A stretch of 64,000 nt of DNA, from the IMG/VR virus record IMGVR_UViG_3300047496_000213, positions 17,817-81,816 of that record; one strand, 5' to 3'. Below, piece after piece: positions 1 to 8,624 of the stretch (positions are counted from its first letter, which is position 1; each line of letters begins with the position of its first letter). The position numbers and the translations under genes were made by a program. The notes under the pieces are model-generated. The model made no database searches, was not told the origin of the DNA, and saw only the letters and a program-made list of their open reading frames with translations. The DNA comes from a virus.

Positions 1-103
1 AATAATCAAAATTTGGCAAGCGATTTCTGGTGCATAAGACGCTAACATCAATATAATTAACTAAATACTTTATATATGGAGTTAATCCAAATATGGAGAA
101 GTT

Positions 104-569
104 ATGAGTAAAATTTCTGAAATGGAAACGGCGTTGGCCGAGTTGGAAAAAGAAAAAAATAGTAAAATTCATGAATTACCAGTAATTTTAGTTCCAGACA
201 AAATTGGATATGTTCGTAGAAATAATAGCGAAGCCATTTTTTGTAATTAAGTTGTCTGGAATAGAAAATATATACACATTTTTTCCTGTTGAAGAACAAT
301 ATGTTTCCAAGTTTACTATGGAACCTCAGAAATATGAATTTGAGTATGAAATGGAAACTTCGCGTTTCGCTGAAATAGTTCAATGGATTGATTCTCAATC
401 AGGAGCAGAAAAATGGTCAGTAAATCAAAAAGTTTTTAGAAAATTTGTGCAGTTTCATGGAAATATATGTGCTACTTCGTCAGTATTTTCAGAAATTGAA
501 AAAGTTTTAACTGTTTTTAGTTTTTCTTGTGATAAAGCAACTACATTATTTAAGATGTTTCAGACATGA
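104..569 (+). pseudogene. Frameshifted member of tandem 'LFKMF' C-terminal-motif paralogue family
   Basis: ATG at 104 (GGAG upstream) reads MSKISE...LPVILVPDKIGYVRR, matching LPVILTPEAVGYSR of 901..1353. One extra T in the T6 run at 237-242 shifts the frame into ORF 204..569, which ends ATTLFKMFQT. Confidence 0.7.
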
Positions 570-904
570 TCGATGATGTAATTGAAATGTTTCGGGCTAC
601 GCAAAAGGTCGAAGAAAAACAACATCTGATAGCGAACAATCCGATGGAAAGTAGATCATCGGTTGATCAACCGTTTGAGGTTCAATATGCAAATCTCCAT
701 GGGCTAACAGAGTATAGCAGCATACAAGAAACAATGTATCGTGCGGCTATTTGGATAACGGATCAATTGCCAACAGCAAAATGGTCTGTAAGAATTGAGG
801 AAATCAGAAACGCAAAAGTAGTAGACCGTATAGAACAAACGAATATTTACATAGCGTTTGATACCGCAGAAGCTGCCACTCTATTTAAGGTGTTTCAGAC
901 ATGA
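566..904 (+). CDS. Hypothetical protein, 'LFKMF' paralogue family
   Basis: Shares MID..I.MF.A.QK start, WI..Q...KWSV and AATLFKVFQT with its neighbours; ATGA overlap coupling. Confidence 0.8.
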   Translation: MIDDVIEMFRATQKVEEKQHLIANNPMESRSSVDQPFEVQYANLHGLTEYSSIQETMYRAAIWITDQLPTAKWSVRIEEIRNAKVVDRIEQTNIYIAFDTAEAATLFKVFQT

Positions 905-1353
905 TCGATGAAATTGCTAATATGTTTTCTGCTATGCAGAAAGCGGAAGAAAAAAAGAGATTACAGTTAGAACAAGAAAGCCGACTTCCGGTTATATTAA
1001 CACCAGAAGCAGTAGGTTATTCGCGAGATGGTGAAAATAATACTATATACATTATTAGACTTACTGGTAAAGGAAAACCTCCGAACCTGAAATCCAATCT
1101 AAAAATAGAAGAAAAATTAGCTCAACACTTTACTATTGAAGAACAAAATTTTGAAGTCGAGTATAAAACACAAATGTCTAACGAGCAGTTTTTAGAAGCA
1201 GTAGAATGGATAAATTCTCAATTAGCATCAAAGTGGTCGGTCTTACAAAAAACTTTCTTAAATCCTGGAAGAACTATGATAGAAAAAACAACAACATATT
1301 TTAGTTTTTCTACATCGAAGGATGCTGCTCTTTTCAAAATGTTTCATACCTGA
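901..1353 (+). CDS. Hypothetical protein, 'LFKMF' paralogue family
   Basis: Ends FSFSTSKDAALFKMFHT; ATGA-coupled to the previous ORF. Confidence 0.8.
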   Translation: MIDEIANMFSAMQKAEEKKRLQLEQESRLPVILTPEAVGYSRDGENNTIYIIRLTGKGKPPNLKSNLKIEEKLAQHFTIEEQNFEVEYKTQMSNEQFLEAVEWINSQLASKWSVLQKTFLNPGRTMIEKTTTYFSFSTSKDAALFKMFHT

Positions 1354-1501
1354 GTGATATATTTAATTTAAGATAGAACAATATTTGTACATAGGATTCG
1401 ACACGGCCGTAGATGTATTATGTAGTTGTTCGTGGACAAGCCACTACGATTCTTAATTGAATGTCGCCCCACGAGGTGTACCTCTTGAGTTGCTTGGTCG
1501 T

Positions 1502-1541
1502 AAAAGGTCCCTGGTTCGCTAATGCGGATCAGGGACCTTTT
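1502..1541. terminator. Bidirectional intrinsic terminator-like hairpin
   Basis: AAAAGGTCCCTG...CAGGGACCTTTT perfect inverted repeat with A/T tails. Confidence 0.7.
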
Positions 1542-1543
1542 GT

Positions 1544-1572
1544 TTGACAACACAATTCGCCGCCTATAAGTG
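1544..1572 (+). promoter_or_regulatory. Sigma70-type early promoter. Similar TTGAC(A/T/G) boxes precede many + strand genes, e.g. near 2176, 6541, 10391, 11301, 13233, 15680, 28930, 35491, 36182, 44364, 54200, 60120.
   Basis: TTGACA at 1544 followed by CTATAAG, just upstream of ATG 1579. Confidence 0.65.
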
Positions 1573-1578
1573 GGTTTT

Positions 1579-2178
1579 ATGAGCAGAACAGAACTTTTCA
1601 TTCTAGGTGGACCCGAGCCGGGTGAACTTGGATCAACCAGCAACTCTTGGCGCGGTGGTATGTATGTCTGGAACGAGATAGCCAAAAAGTATTTTGGCCT
1701 TGAAGGTTTCCCGATGTTCGATCAGAGCAAACAAAATGCCATCTGGAATGCCTCTTTTCCTGAAATGACGTTGGCCGAACACATAGTTCTAATGACTACG
1801 ATGGATAGAGCAACTGTTAAGACTTCGGATTGTGAAGCAATTGCCGTCGCGTTTGAAGAATACTTCAATATGTATCCGTCCAGTAGTCTTTATGAGCAAG
1901 CTCAACTCTTGAGAAGTGTCGTCGTTCATCCTGAAGCAATTATCGCCTGGAATCAAACTTCTGTTTCAGAGTTTTGGGGGATGCGTTTTGAATATGATGA
2001 AGGCACTGATGACGAAGATGAGAATGCGGAAGGTGATTACGTCTTCTATGATCCTTCGACACAAGACAAACATTTTGATGCATACGCTGCTGCATTAACA
2101 AAATATAGGAAATGGCATGAACCAAAATCTGAGCCCGAACCCACACAATATATGGGGATTCTGCGAACTCTAATTTGA
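1579..2178 (+). CDS. Hypothetical protein (MSRTE paralogue 1)
   Basis: Start moved to MSRTE to match paralogue 2209..2742; shared blocks NSWRG, WNASFPEMTLAEHIVLMTTMD, IAWNQTSVSEFWG. Confidence 0.8.
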   Translation: MSRTELFILGGPEPGELGSTSNSWRGGMYVWNEIAKKYFGLEGFPMFDQSKQNAIWNASFPEMTLAEHIVLMTTMDRATVKTSDCEAIAVAFEEYFNMYPSSSLYEQAQLLRSVVVHPEAIIAWNQTSVSEFWGMRFEYDEGTDDEDENAEGDYVFYDPSTQDKHFDAYAAALTKYRKWHEPKSEPEPTQYMGILRTLI

Positions 2179-2208
2179 CAAAAAATCACTCATAGGTTAT
2201 AAAACAGT

Positions 2209-2742
2209 ATGAGCCGTACTGAAATTTATGCCCTTGGTGGAGCACACAATGGTCTTATTGACGAAGTAAGAAATAGCTGGCGAGGTGCAATGTATGTCTG
2301 GGATGACATCGCCAAACGCTACTTAGGATTTAAAACTTTCTTCTCTTTAAATGAAGAGGATCAAAAGAAAGTATGGAATGCATCATTTCCAGAGATGACT
2401 TTAGCAGAGCACATAGTTCTTATGACAACTATGGATAATGCAACCGTTAAAATTTATGATGTTGAGGCGGTTGCTTCCGCATTTGAAGAATATGGAAAAA
2501 ATCATCCCAATAGCAGTTTCGTTGAACAAGCTGAAATTTTAAGAAACTCTTTGCAAACTACATCATCAAATCCATTTCGAGTTATAGCTTGGAACCAGAC
2601 TTCGGTATCCGAGTTCTGGGGAGAAAAAAATGATGGAGATGGTAACTACACTTATTACGACCCAGATACACAAGATAAGCATTTTGATGCCTATACAGCA
2701 GCGATAGAAAATTATAAAAAATTACATGAAACAAAATCATAA
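2209..2742 (+). CDS. Hypothetical protein (MSRTE paralogue 2)
   Basis: Long identical blocks with 1579..2178; own TTGACA promoter at about 2176. Confidence 0.85.
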   Translation: MSRTEIYALGGAHNGLIDEVRNSWRGAMYVWDDIAKRYLGFKTFFSLNEEDQKKVWNASFPEMTLAEHIVLMTTMDNATVKIYDVEAVASAFEEYGKNHPNSSFVEQAEILRNSLQTTSSNPFRVIAWNQTSVSEFWGEKNDGDGNYTYYDPDTQDKHFDAYTAAIENYKKLHETKS

Positions 2743-2800
2743 AAAACACTAAATACAGGAATATATTGAACATTTAGTCTACATTTAGTATAAATACAGT

Positions 2801-4108
2801 ATGAAAATCTTCAACGCACTCCTTCTTTTGATCACGGCTGGTCTCATTTCGACTATTGCCGCATACATGTCCATTTATGGAATGTTGGCTCTTTTTCCTA
2901 CTGGTGGTCTCATCATCGCTTTGATGATGGGTTTCCTTGAATTTGGAAAACTGGTTAATGCCGCTTGGATTCACTCGAACTGGCGTAGCACAAACGTATC
3001 CAGATTGCATAAAACGTATCTGGTTGCCGCTGTCGCATCCTTGATGGTCATTACTTCCATGGGTATTTATGGCTTCCTGGCTAAATCTCATTTGGAGCAA
3101 ACCGGTCCAGAGGGTAATATTCAGGTTCAGATCGATCAAAAGAATCAAGAAATGGCTCCTTTGATCTCGCAGAGAGATCAATTGTTAAAAGAACAGCAAA
3201 GTTCTAATGCTGTTATAAATGGATTATTGCAGTCGAATCAGGCTAAAGGCGCCGGAAAATTCCTTAAGGGGCAGCAAAGCGCAAATTCTGGTTTGCAAGC
3301 CAAAATCGATGCTGTTGATGCTCAAATCAATCAGAAAAATACTGAACTTGTTCCCTTGAAGTTGAAGGTCAATGAAGTAGAGTCAAAGCTTGGGCCTATG
3401 AAATACGTGGGTAAATTATTTGGCTTCAAGGATTCTGAAAATGCTGTTCAGATGGTCATTGTAATTTTGATTTTCGTATTTGATCCCTTGGCTGTCGTCA
3501 TGCTTATTTCTGGCACAATTACATGGCATGAATTTTTGGAAGAACGCCGTAATAAAAAAAGTACAGCCACGTTGAACCAGTATGTTGTTCCTACCCAAAT
3601 TAATCCAGAAGTTACTTCAACACCAATCGAAGAGCCTTTTTGGAAAACTCTTGGCTTTGAAAGTGAAAAAGATAAACATGAATATGAAGAAAAACTTCGT
3701 GGTTCAAAAGTAGCACCAGAAATAGTTCCAGAAATAGTTCCAGAAGTGATTCCAGAAATAGTTCCAGAAGTGATTCCAGAAATAGTTCCAGAAGTGATTC
3801 CAGAAATAGTTCCAGAAGTGATTCCTGAAGTGGTAATTGAACCGGTTGCGCCTAAACCTTTATGGAATGCTGGTCGATCCGTTGCATCGGAAGTTCCTGA
3901 AACTCGAATTGTTGATTATGGTCCAGTTTCTACTAAAACCGATGATCGTAAATACGCTACTTTACAAACAGAGGCGGAACTTGAAGAAAAGAAAAACCCT
4001 GTTGATTTGAGAGATCAGTTGGTTGCTCTTCTAGAAAAGAATCCAGCACTATTAGCAGATATTATGGCGGCTATTGACGAAGCCAAAACAGCTAGGGAAT
4101 CAATCTGA
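2801..4108 (+). CDS. Membrane protein with coiled coil and PEIV/PEVI repeats (late gene)
   Basis: Three N-terminal hydrophobic segments, a Gln-rich coiled coil and a fourth TM (VIVILIFVFDPLAV); TATAAATA 4 nt before ATG. Confidence 0.8.
   Translation: MKIFNALLLLITAGLISTIAAYMSIYGMLALFPTGGLIIALMMGFLEFGKLVNAAWIHSNWRSTNVSRLHKTYLVAAVASLMVITSMGIYGFLAKSHLEQTGPEGNIQVQIDQKNQEMAPLISQRDQLLKEQQSSNAVINGLLQSNQAKGAGKFLKGQQSANSGLQAKIDAVDAQINQKNTELVPLKLKVNEVESKLGPMKYVGKLFGFKDSENAVQMVIVILIFVFDPLAVVMLISGTITWHEFLEERRNKKSTATLNQYVVPTQINPEVTSTPIEEPFWKTLGFESEKDKHEYEEKLRGSKVAPEIVPEIVPEVIPEIVPEVIPEIVPEVIPEIVPEVIPEVVIEPVAPKPLWNAGRSVASEVPETRIVDYGPVSTKTDDRKYATLQTEAELEEKKNPVDLRDQLVALLEKNPALLADIMAAIDEAKTARESI
3716..3830 (+). 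repeat. 12-bp tandem coding repeat (CCAGAAATAGTT/CCAGAAGTGATT)
   Basis: About 9-10 PE(I/V)(V/I) units visible in DNA and protein. Confidence 0.9.
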
Positions 4109-4681
4109 AGATGACCCTCGTTGAAGAAATGGATCATTAATCACAAATTCATTTCCTCGTTTCATGTAATTTTTTTCATGTAAATCGAAACCGATACTGT
4201 CATTTTTGTTAGCATAATCGATCAATCCTCTAAAGGTCATCAGTAGATTCTTCAAATCTGGATTCTTTTCTATAAATTTGTCAATTTTTGGATTGTTTAT
4301 ATCGTGATACATGAATAATAATGGAGCAATTCGGCGCCATTCTTGAGACGTAAGTGGTGTTAGTTCTTCTGCTCGCACCATTCGATAGTCTTTATTGATT
4401 TTTACGCTGTTTCCTCTAAACTTCGGAAGACATGGGCTTTTATGCGTCTGACAATAATTCAAAAAATATTGAAATGGTGTATCAGAAGCTAAGAAAATTT
4501 TGACTACTAAATTGGGGTTGGTTTTATACGCAAACAATCTGCTCTGTGATCCCATGCCTATATACTCAAAACCTTTTTCTTCCATGTATTCAACTATACT
4601 TGTATCCCATGGCATTGGAGCGACCATAGCTAATTTTCTAGCACGATCACTTTTTATTCCGTAAAGTTCATGAAGTTTCAT
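4100..4681 (-). CDS. Small protein kinase-like protein
   Basis: IGMGSQS Gly-loop, VVKIF Lys, FDLHEKNYM catalytic loop, VINDP metal-binding Asp. Confidence 0.75.
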   Translation of the reverse strand: MKLHELYGIKSDRARKLAMVAPMPWDTSIVEYMEEKGFEYIGMGSQSRLFAYKTNPNLVVKIFLASDTPFQYFLNYCQTHKSPCLPKFRGNSVKINKDYRMVRAEELTPLTSQEWRRIAPLLFMYHDINNPKIDKFIEKNPDLKNLLMTFRGLIDYANKNDSIGFDLHEKNYMKRGNEFVINDPFLQRGSSSD

Positions 4682-4693
4682 ATGATTATTTAA

Positions 4694-5518
4694 TTATTTA
4701 CTTATAATTGCGCGCGGAAATGAAATTCCTTCTAAATTGAATATTTTTTCTTTTCGCTCAAGATGAATAGTAGAATCTTTGTAAAGCCATTTTTTAAATT
4801 CTTGAATATCTTGTTGTTTTCCTATACGTAAATCACTCATTTCTGTATATTTTCTGTCTCGTATGAATGTTTTACACGGCAAATATTTTGCCATTTCATC
4901 TAAAAAAGTCCTCGTTCCTATTATAGAAATGCCCAATCGTTCAGTTCTCTTTACTTTAAATATGCTCCCGTCCGCATCAAAATATCCTCTCACAAAATGA
5001 TTTATCAAATGTTTTGGAACGGTATTTTGAGAAGGCATCGTAAGCGTTTTGCTTTTAGCTTGTGGACACCCTTTTTCTGCTAATGCTTGACTAATGTGTT
5101 TACCAAATAGTGCGAATACATAGGTTTCAGAACGTGCATAACCATCGGCTGTTCGTTTTTTCTGATTTAATATGTGAAATGGATGATTACTTTCCATAGC
5201 TGTTCTGATTTTATCAAGAATTTCGTAATCAGTAATTCTTATGGCTATATTGTTCTTGTTTTCATAATTATAACCATCTCCGTAATAAAATCCAAGAACA
5301 TATGCTTTTTGTTCGGTATCTATATTATCAAAAAAATGTATATTATACTTATAAGTTGAACAAGATTCACTCAAAGTTCTACGATTTACTGATAATATAT
5401 CTAAACATCTGCCTACGGTAGGAGAAGATACATTAAATTTTTCAGATATTTCGGCTAATGTTGATCCATTTTTATACATTTGGACAACTTCGTTAGTATG
5501 TTTTTCTAATTTACGCAT
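4694..5518 (-). CDS. Free-standing LAGLIDADG homing endonuclease with N-terminal HTH
   Basis: AYVLGFYYGDG and HFVRGYFDADG motifs; YKDSTIHLERK C-terminal motif. Confidence 0.85.
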   Translation of the reverse strand: MRKLEKHTNEVVQMYKNGSTLAEISEKFNVSSPTVGRCLDILSVNRRTLSESCSTYKYNIHFFDNIDTEQKAYVLGFYYGDGYNYENKNNIAIRITDYEILDKIRTAMESNHPFHILNQKKRTADGYARSETYVFALFGKHISQALAEKGCPQAKSKTLTMPSQNTVPKHLINHFVRGYFDADGSIFKVKRTERLGISIIGTRTFLDEMAKYLPCKTFIRDRKYTEMSDLRIGKQQDIQEFKKWLYKDSTIHLERKEKIFNLEGISFPRAIISK

Positions 5519-5551
5519 AATGTATTTATCTAAACCATACTGGACCGGCGT

Positions 5552-6079
5552 TTATAACGATTTTCGTTGTTCTTTTATGGCTGCACTCATGTCACTTAAA
5601 TGCCATGCAGTCACCTTGATGGATCGATTTAAATGCTTGCACACTATTCCTTTAAGATGCGGATTTCTTATATGAGGAAATCTAACTTCTGGAATGATCG
5701 CGGCATCAAGTTGAGTTAAGATATACTGTGAGCCCCAAAATTTAAAACTAGGGCACGGACAGTGGACACGTATGTTCGACCCCCAAAGTAACAATCTTGC
5801 GACTTCTGGTGCCGTTAAAGATAAATCTCGTTTTTGCTCTTCCCAATCTACCCATTGAATATAAGTATTCCATCCGTTATAAGAATTTGGAACAAAATAC
5901 TTCATTGTGTCACCTTTAATGCCAACAATTTTTACATATTTTATTAGCGGAGCATAGTCACGGTGAGGAAGATTATTCGGATTGATTTCCGCCATGAAAT
6001 CTTTATAGGTTGCCTCATCCAAGATCGGAGGAACGTGATCCTCAAAATAGGCATGTAGGTGGGGATGAATATGATCCAT
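5552..6079 (-). CDS. SWIM-type zinc-finger protein
   Basis: VHCPCPSF...VCKHL (CxC...CxH); TAAATA 4 nt before ATG. Confidence 0.7.
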   Translation of the reverse strand: MDHIHPHLHAYFEDHVPPILDEATYKDFMAEINPNNLPHRDYAPLIKYVKIVGIKGDTMKYFVPNSYNGWNTYIQWVDWEEQKRDLSLTAPEVARLLLWGSNIRVHCPCPSFKFWGSQYILTQLDAAIIPEVRFPHIRNPHLKGIVCKHLNRSIKVTAWHLSDMSAAIKEQRKSL

Positions 6080-6090
6080 CGACTATTTAT

Positions 6091-6515
6091 TCAATCTTCA
6101 TCTGATTCATCGCCAAACCAATCTTCATCTGATTCATCGCCAAACTTTGAATAGTTTGAATCTGTTACATCTACGGTTGATTCATCATCTCGTTGTGCTA
6201 AAATACGAAACTCGCCGAGTCTTTGTATATTTTGATTATGATAAATTGCTGGAATTATTTCATCATTTATATATGTTTCATCGTATTCATAAGCATGATG
6301 TAACATAAGGTAAACTCTTACATTATATCTCTTGCCAGAATATTGTGCTCCGATAAAAGCGGTTGGATATTTCGGATCGATTTCATTAACATAGGCTTGA
6401 TTTATTTGTTCGTGCGTCGCTAAATTAGACTTCCGTGATAATAACCGTCATTGAAACCTTTTGGTAAAGAAACTCTATTTCTCAACGTTTCTACAAGGTT
6501 GATCCACTCGCGCAT
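6091..6515 (-). pseudogene. Frameshifted leader-bearing (MREWINLVE) putative head-cargo gene
   Basis: TATAAATA (6520-6527) then ATG 6515 MREWINLVETLRNRVSLPKGFNDGYYHGSLI-stop. A -1 shift near 6420-6450 continues (LATHEQINQAYV...) into ORF 6091..6306. Confidence 0.7.
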
Positions 6516-6602
6516 CCACTATTTATAATGATAAAAACTCTTGACTAAAAATCTTTCTTGAGATAGCCTTGGATTATCGAAACCATTTTAAAGGAGATAA
6601 AA

Positions 6603-6944
6603 ATGCGCAATAGTTTGAATCGTAAGCCTTCGCCGCTTAGTGTTTGGCGGGCTCAATATAACTATGTCAGTTCCCAGATTCGCAAGACGAAGGATGCGAA
6701 TAAGTCTGGAAGCAAGGCAGTGGCCAATTTGGAATGTTTCATTAATCTGGAAGTTGGTGGTGGTTATACGCCTGCTCAAATTGAACTCTTCTTGCGCTTG
6801 ATTCGCCTTGTGAAGGACAATGCCACCAATCAACGAAATGTTATCTATCTTCGCAAGGAAGCTCGTCGCTTGATGGGAACGCGCGCGTCGGCTCGCGATC
6901 TTGCCCGCGCTATGTGGCAATCAAACCAGCGCGGTTCTATTTAA
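6603..6944 (+). CDS. Hypothetical basic protein (early)
   Basis: AAGGAG SD, TTGACT promoter, downstream terminator. Confidence 0.75.
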   Translation: MRNSLNRKPSPLSVWRAQYNYVSSQIRKTKDANKSGSKAVANLECFINLEVGGGYTPAQIELFLRLIRLVKDNATNQRNVIYLRKEARRLMGTRASARDLARAMWQSNQRGSI

Positions 6945-6946
6945 AT

Positions 6947-6980
6947 TTCTGGGGCCGGTAATACGGCCCCAGAACCTTTT
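6947..6980 (+). terminator. Intrinsic terminator
   Basis: TTCTGGGGCCG-loop-CGGCCCCAGAA followed by a T-run. Confidence 0.75.
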
Positions 6981-7004
6981 ATTATTGAAATCGTTCGTAT
7001 GCAT

Positions 7005-7012
7005 TATAAATA
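7005..7012 (+). promoter_or_regulatory. T4-type late promoter TATAAATA (representative of about 15 TAAATA sites directly before ATGs)
   Basis: Exact TATAAATA 4 nt before ATG 7017. Confidence 0.8.
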
Positions 7013-7016
7013 ATGA

Positions 7017-7580
7017 ATGCGCGAGTGGATTAATCTTTTCGAAGACCCAAGGATCAATCATCCTAAGAGAATTAATACGGCTGAATCCGAAGGTTTTGAC
7101 ACTAGCAAAATTTGGTATCATGGCTCTGGTAAAACTTTCACTAAGTTCAAAGAACCTGACGATAAAGGGATAAATGAGCTTGGTATTGGTGTTTATCTTA
7201 CCAGCGAAAAATATTTAGCTAATACATGGGCTCGCCGAGGCGGAAAAATATACGAATGTTTCATAAAGCCAGGAGATATTTACGATTTCTCTAAACCATT
7301 GACTCCCGCAGTTATAAATCGTCTTCATACGGGTCATTCAAAATTCATGGAAAATCGTTATGGACCCAAATCCGCATATTCTCTTAAATCTTTTATGAAT
7401 ATTTTGAGAAATAAAACCGACCGTCAAACAAACAAAACTTATCTGCATCCTGATGCCAATAAATTATTGAATTTGTCTGGTTATATCGGAGCTATCGATC
7501 ATCGTAGTCAGATACCGGGCCAAATTGTCATTTTTGATCCACGAAATGTTTTCATATTACGTCGGCTTCCCGGTGAATAA
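7017..7580 (+). CDS. ADP-ribosyltransferase-like (PolyVal-type) protein with N-terminal MREWINLFE leader
   Basis: GFDT..WYHGS...F..F, LGIGVYLT...A..WA, G.IYECF and QIVIFDP motif series. Confidence 0.65.
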   Translation: MREWINLFEDPRINHPKRINTAESEGFDTSKIWYHGSGKTFTKFKEPDDKGINELGIGVYLTSEKYLANTWARRGGKIYECFIKPGDIYDFSKPLTPAVINRLHTGHSKFMENRYGPKSAYSLKSFMNILRNKTDRQTNKTYLHPDANKLLNLSGYIGAIDHRSQIPGQIVIFDPRNVFILRRLPGE

Positions 7581-7646
7581 TCGTTTGATAAACTAAAAAT
7601 TGATGATATATGTAGGGTCAATTTTTTGTCCAACAAGGGTTTTGAA

Positions 7647-8321
7647 ATGTCTTCCGAAGCGGTTATTGTTCTAGAAGCTGGAACGGTCGTAGATCGTTCA
7701 AAGCTAGCATCTATGTCGAATGAAAAAATTGCTGAGATTATGGCTGATCTGTATAAGACTCCCGATGCCCGCGTCGTTTTCACGGATAACGCTGCTCGTT
7801 TTTTCAGCGTTGATTCGGTGTTGGCCGCATTGGAGACTGATACTGCGCCGCATCTTGATTTGTTGCTTGCATATAATTCTTTGCAACTGGCTTCCGAAGA
7901 TTTGGCGGCCGTTGAGCGTTCCATGCGTGTTAAGAAATATGTCAGAGATACTATCAAGGAACGTATAAAGTCTAGTTTGCCTCTTTACGTTTTTGAGACT
8001 GTTCCTTCTGATTGGAATATTGATACGAACCTCACGATTACATCGAGAATCATTCGTCGAGTCAACAGAGGGGAATGGGAATCTTATTCCATCGGCGTGA
8101 AAACTTGTGAATCTCTGTGGCTGCATGTTGCTCCGCTTTGGGCAAAGCAAGTTCGCCACTTGGATACGTATTATGTTCGCGCCAGCGGTTATAATGAATC
8201 GACTCGCGCCACCGATACCAATGTTCAAATCGGTTGCCAAACGGTGCAACGCTATGAATTAGAGCAAGTAGCTCTCAAATTCGGCTGGGCCTTCCCAACG
8301 ACTGCAACAACGGAGCAATAA
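7647..8321 (+). CDS. Hypothetical protein
   Basis: Long ORF; C-terminal IGCQT motif; no family recognised. Confidence 0.65.
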   Translation: MSSEAVIVLEAGTVVDRSKLASMSNEKIAEIMADLYKTPDARVVFTDNAARFFSVDSVLAALETDTAPHLDLLLAYNSLQLASEDLAAVERSMRVKKYVRDTIKERIKSSLPLYVFETVPSDWNIDTNLTITSRIIRRVNRGEWESYSIGVKTCESLWLHVAPLWAKQVRHLDTYYVRASGYNESTRATDTNVQIGCQTVQRYELEQVALKFGWAFPTTATTEQ

Positions 8322-8322
8322 T

Positions 8323-8613
8323 ATGAAGAAATTCTGGCTTTGGTCAAGTGTCGGTGTTGGTTCTATCGCTGTCTTTCTTTGGATGACGGGAATTATCGGA
8401 TGGACCGACAATGGTGCCACCAGACGAGCCCTGGCAGGGTCAGGATATACCAATGTCCAAATTAAGGGTTATCCCTTGTTTGGAATTGGTTGTGATCATA
8501 CTGACACCGTTCGAACCAAGTTCGAAGCTACTTCCTCTACCGGTGTCAAGATCACTGGTGTCGTTTGTAAGGGTTGGGGTTTTGGTAAAGCTTCAACCAT
8601 TCGCACGTTCTGA
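8323..8613 (+). CDS. Small membrane-anchored phage protein
   Basis: N-terminal TM; GYTNVQIKGY..GC and TGVVCKG motifs. Confidence 0.7.
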   Translation: MKKFWLWSSVGVGSIAVFLWMTGIIGWTDNGATRRALAGSGYTNVQIKGYPLFGIGCDHTDTVRTKFEATSSTGVKITGVVCKGWGFGKASTIRTF

Positions 8614-8624
8614 TCTATCGCGTA

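Noticed and set aside
1391-1410. GGATTCGAC resembling the tmRNA 5' region or a tRNA T-loop
   Set aside because: No GGGG acceptor stem, no matching 3' T-arm/CCA end and no cloverleaf found.
3716-3830. Tandem repeats as a possible CRISPR array
   Set aside because: In-frame coding repeats with no unique spacers; the same applies to 55413-55533. No cas genes are present.
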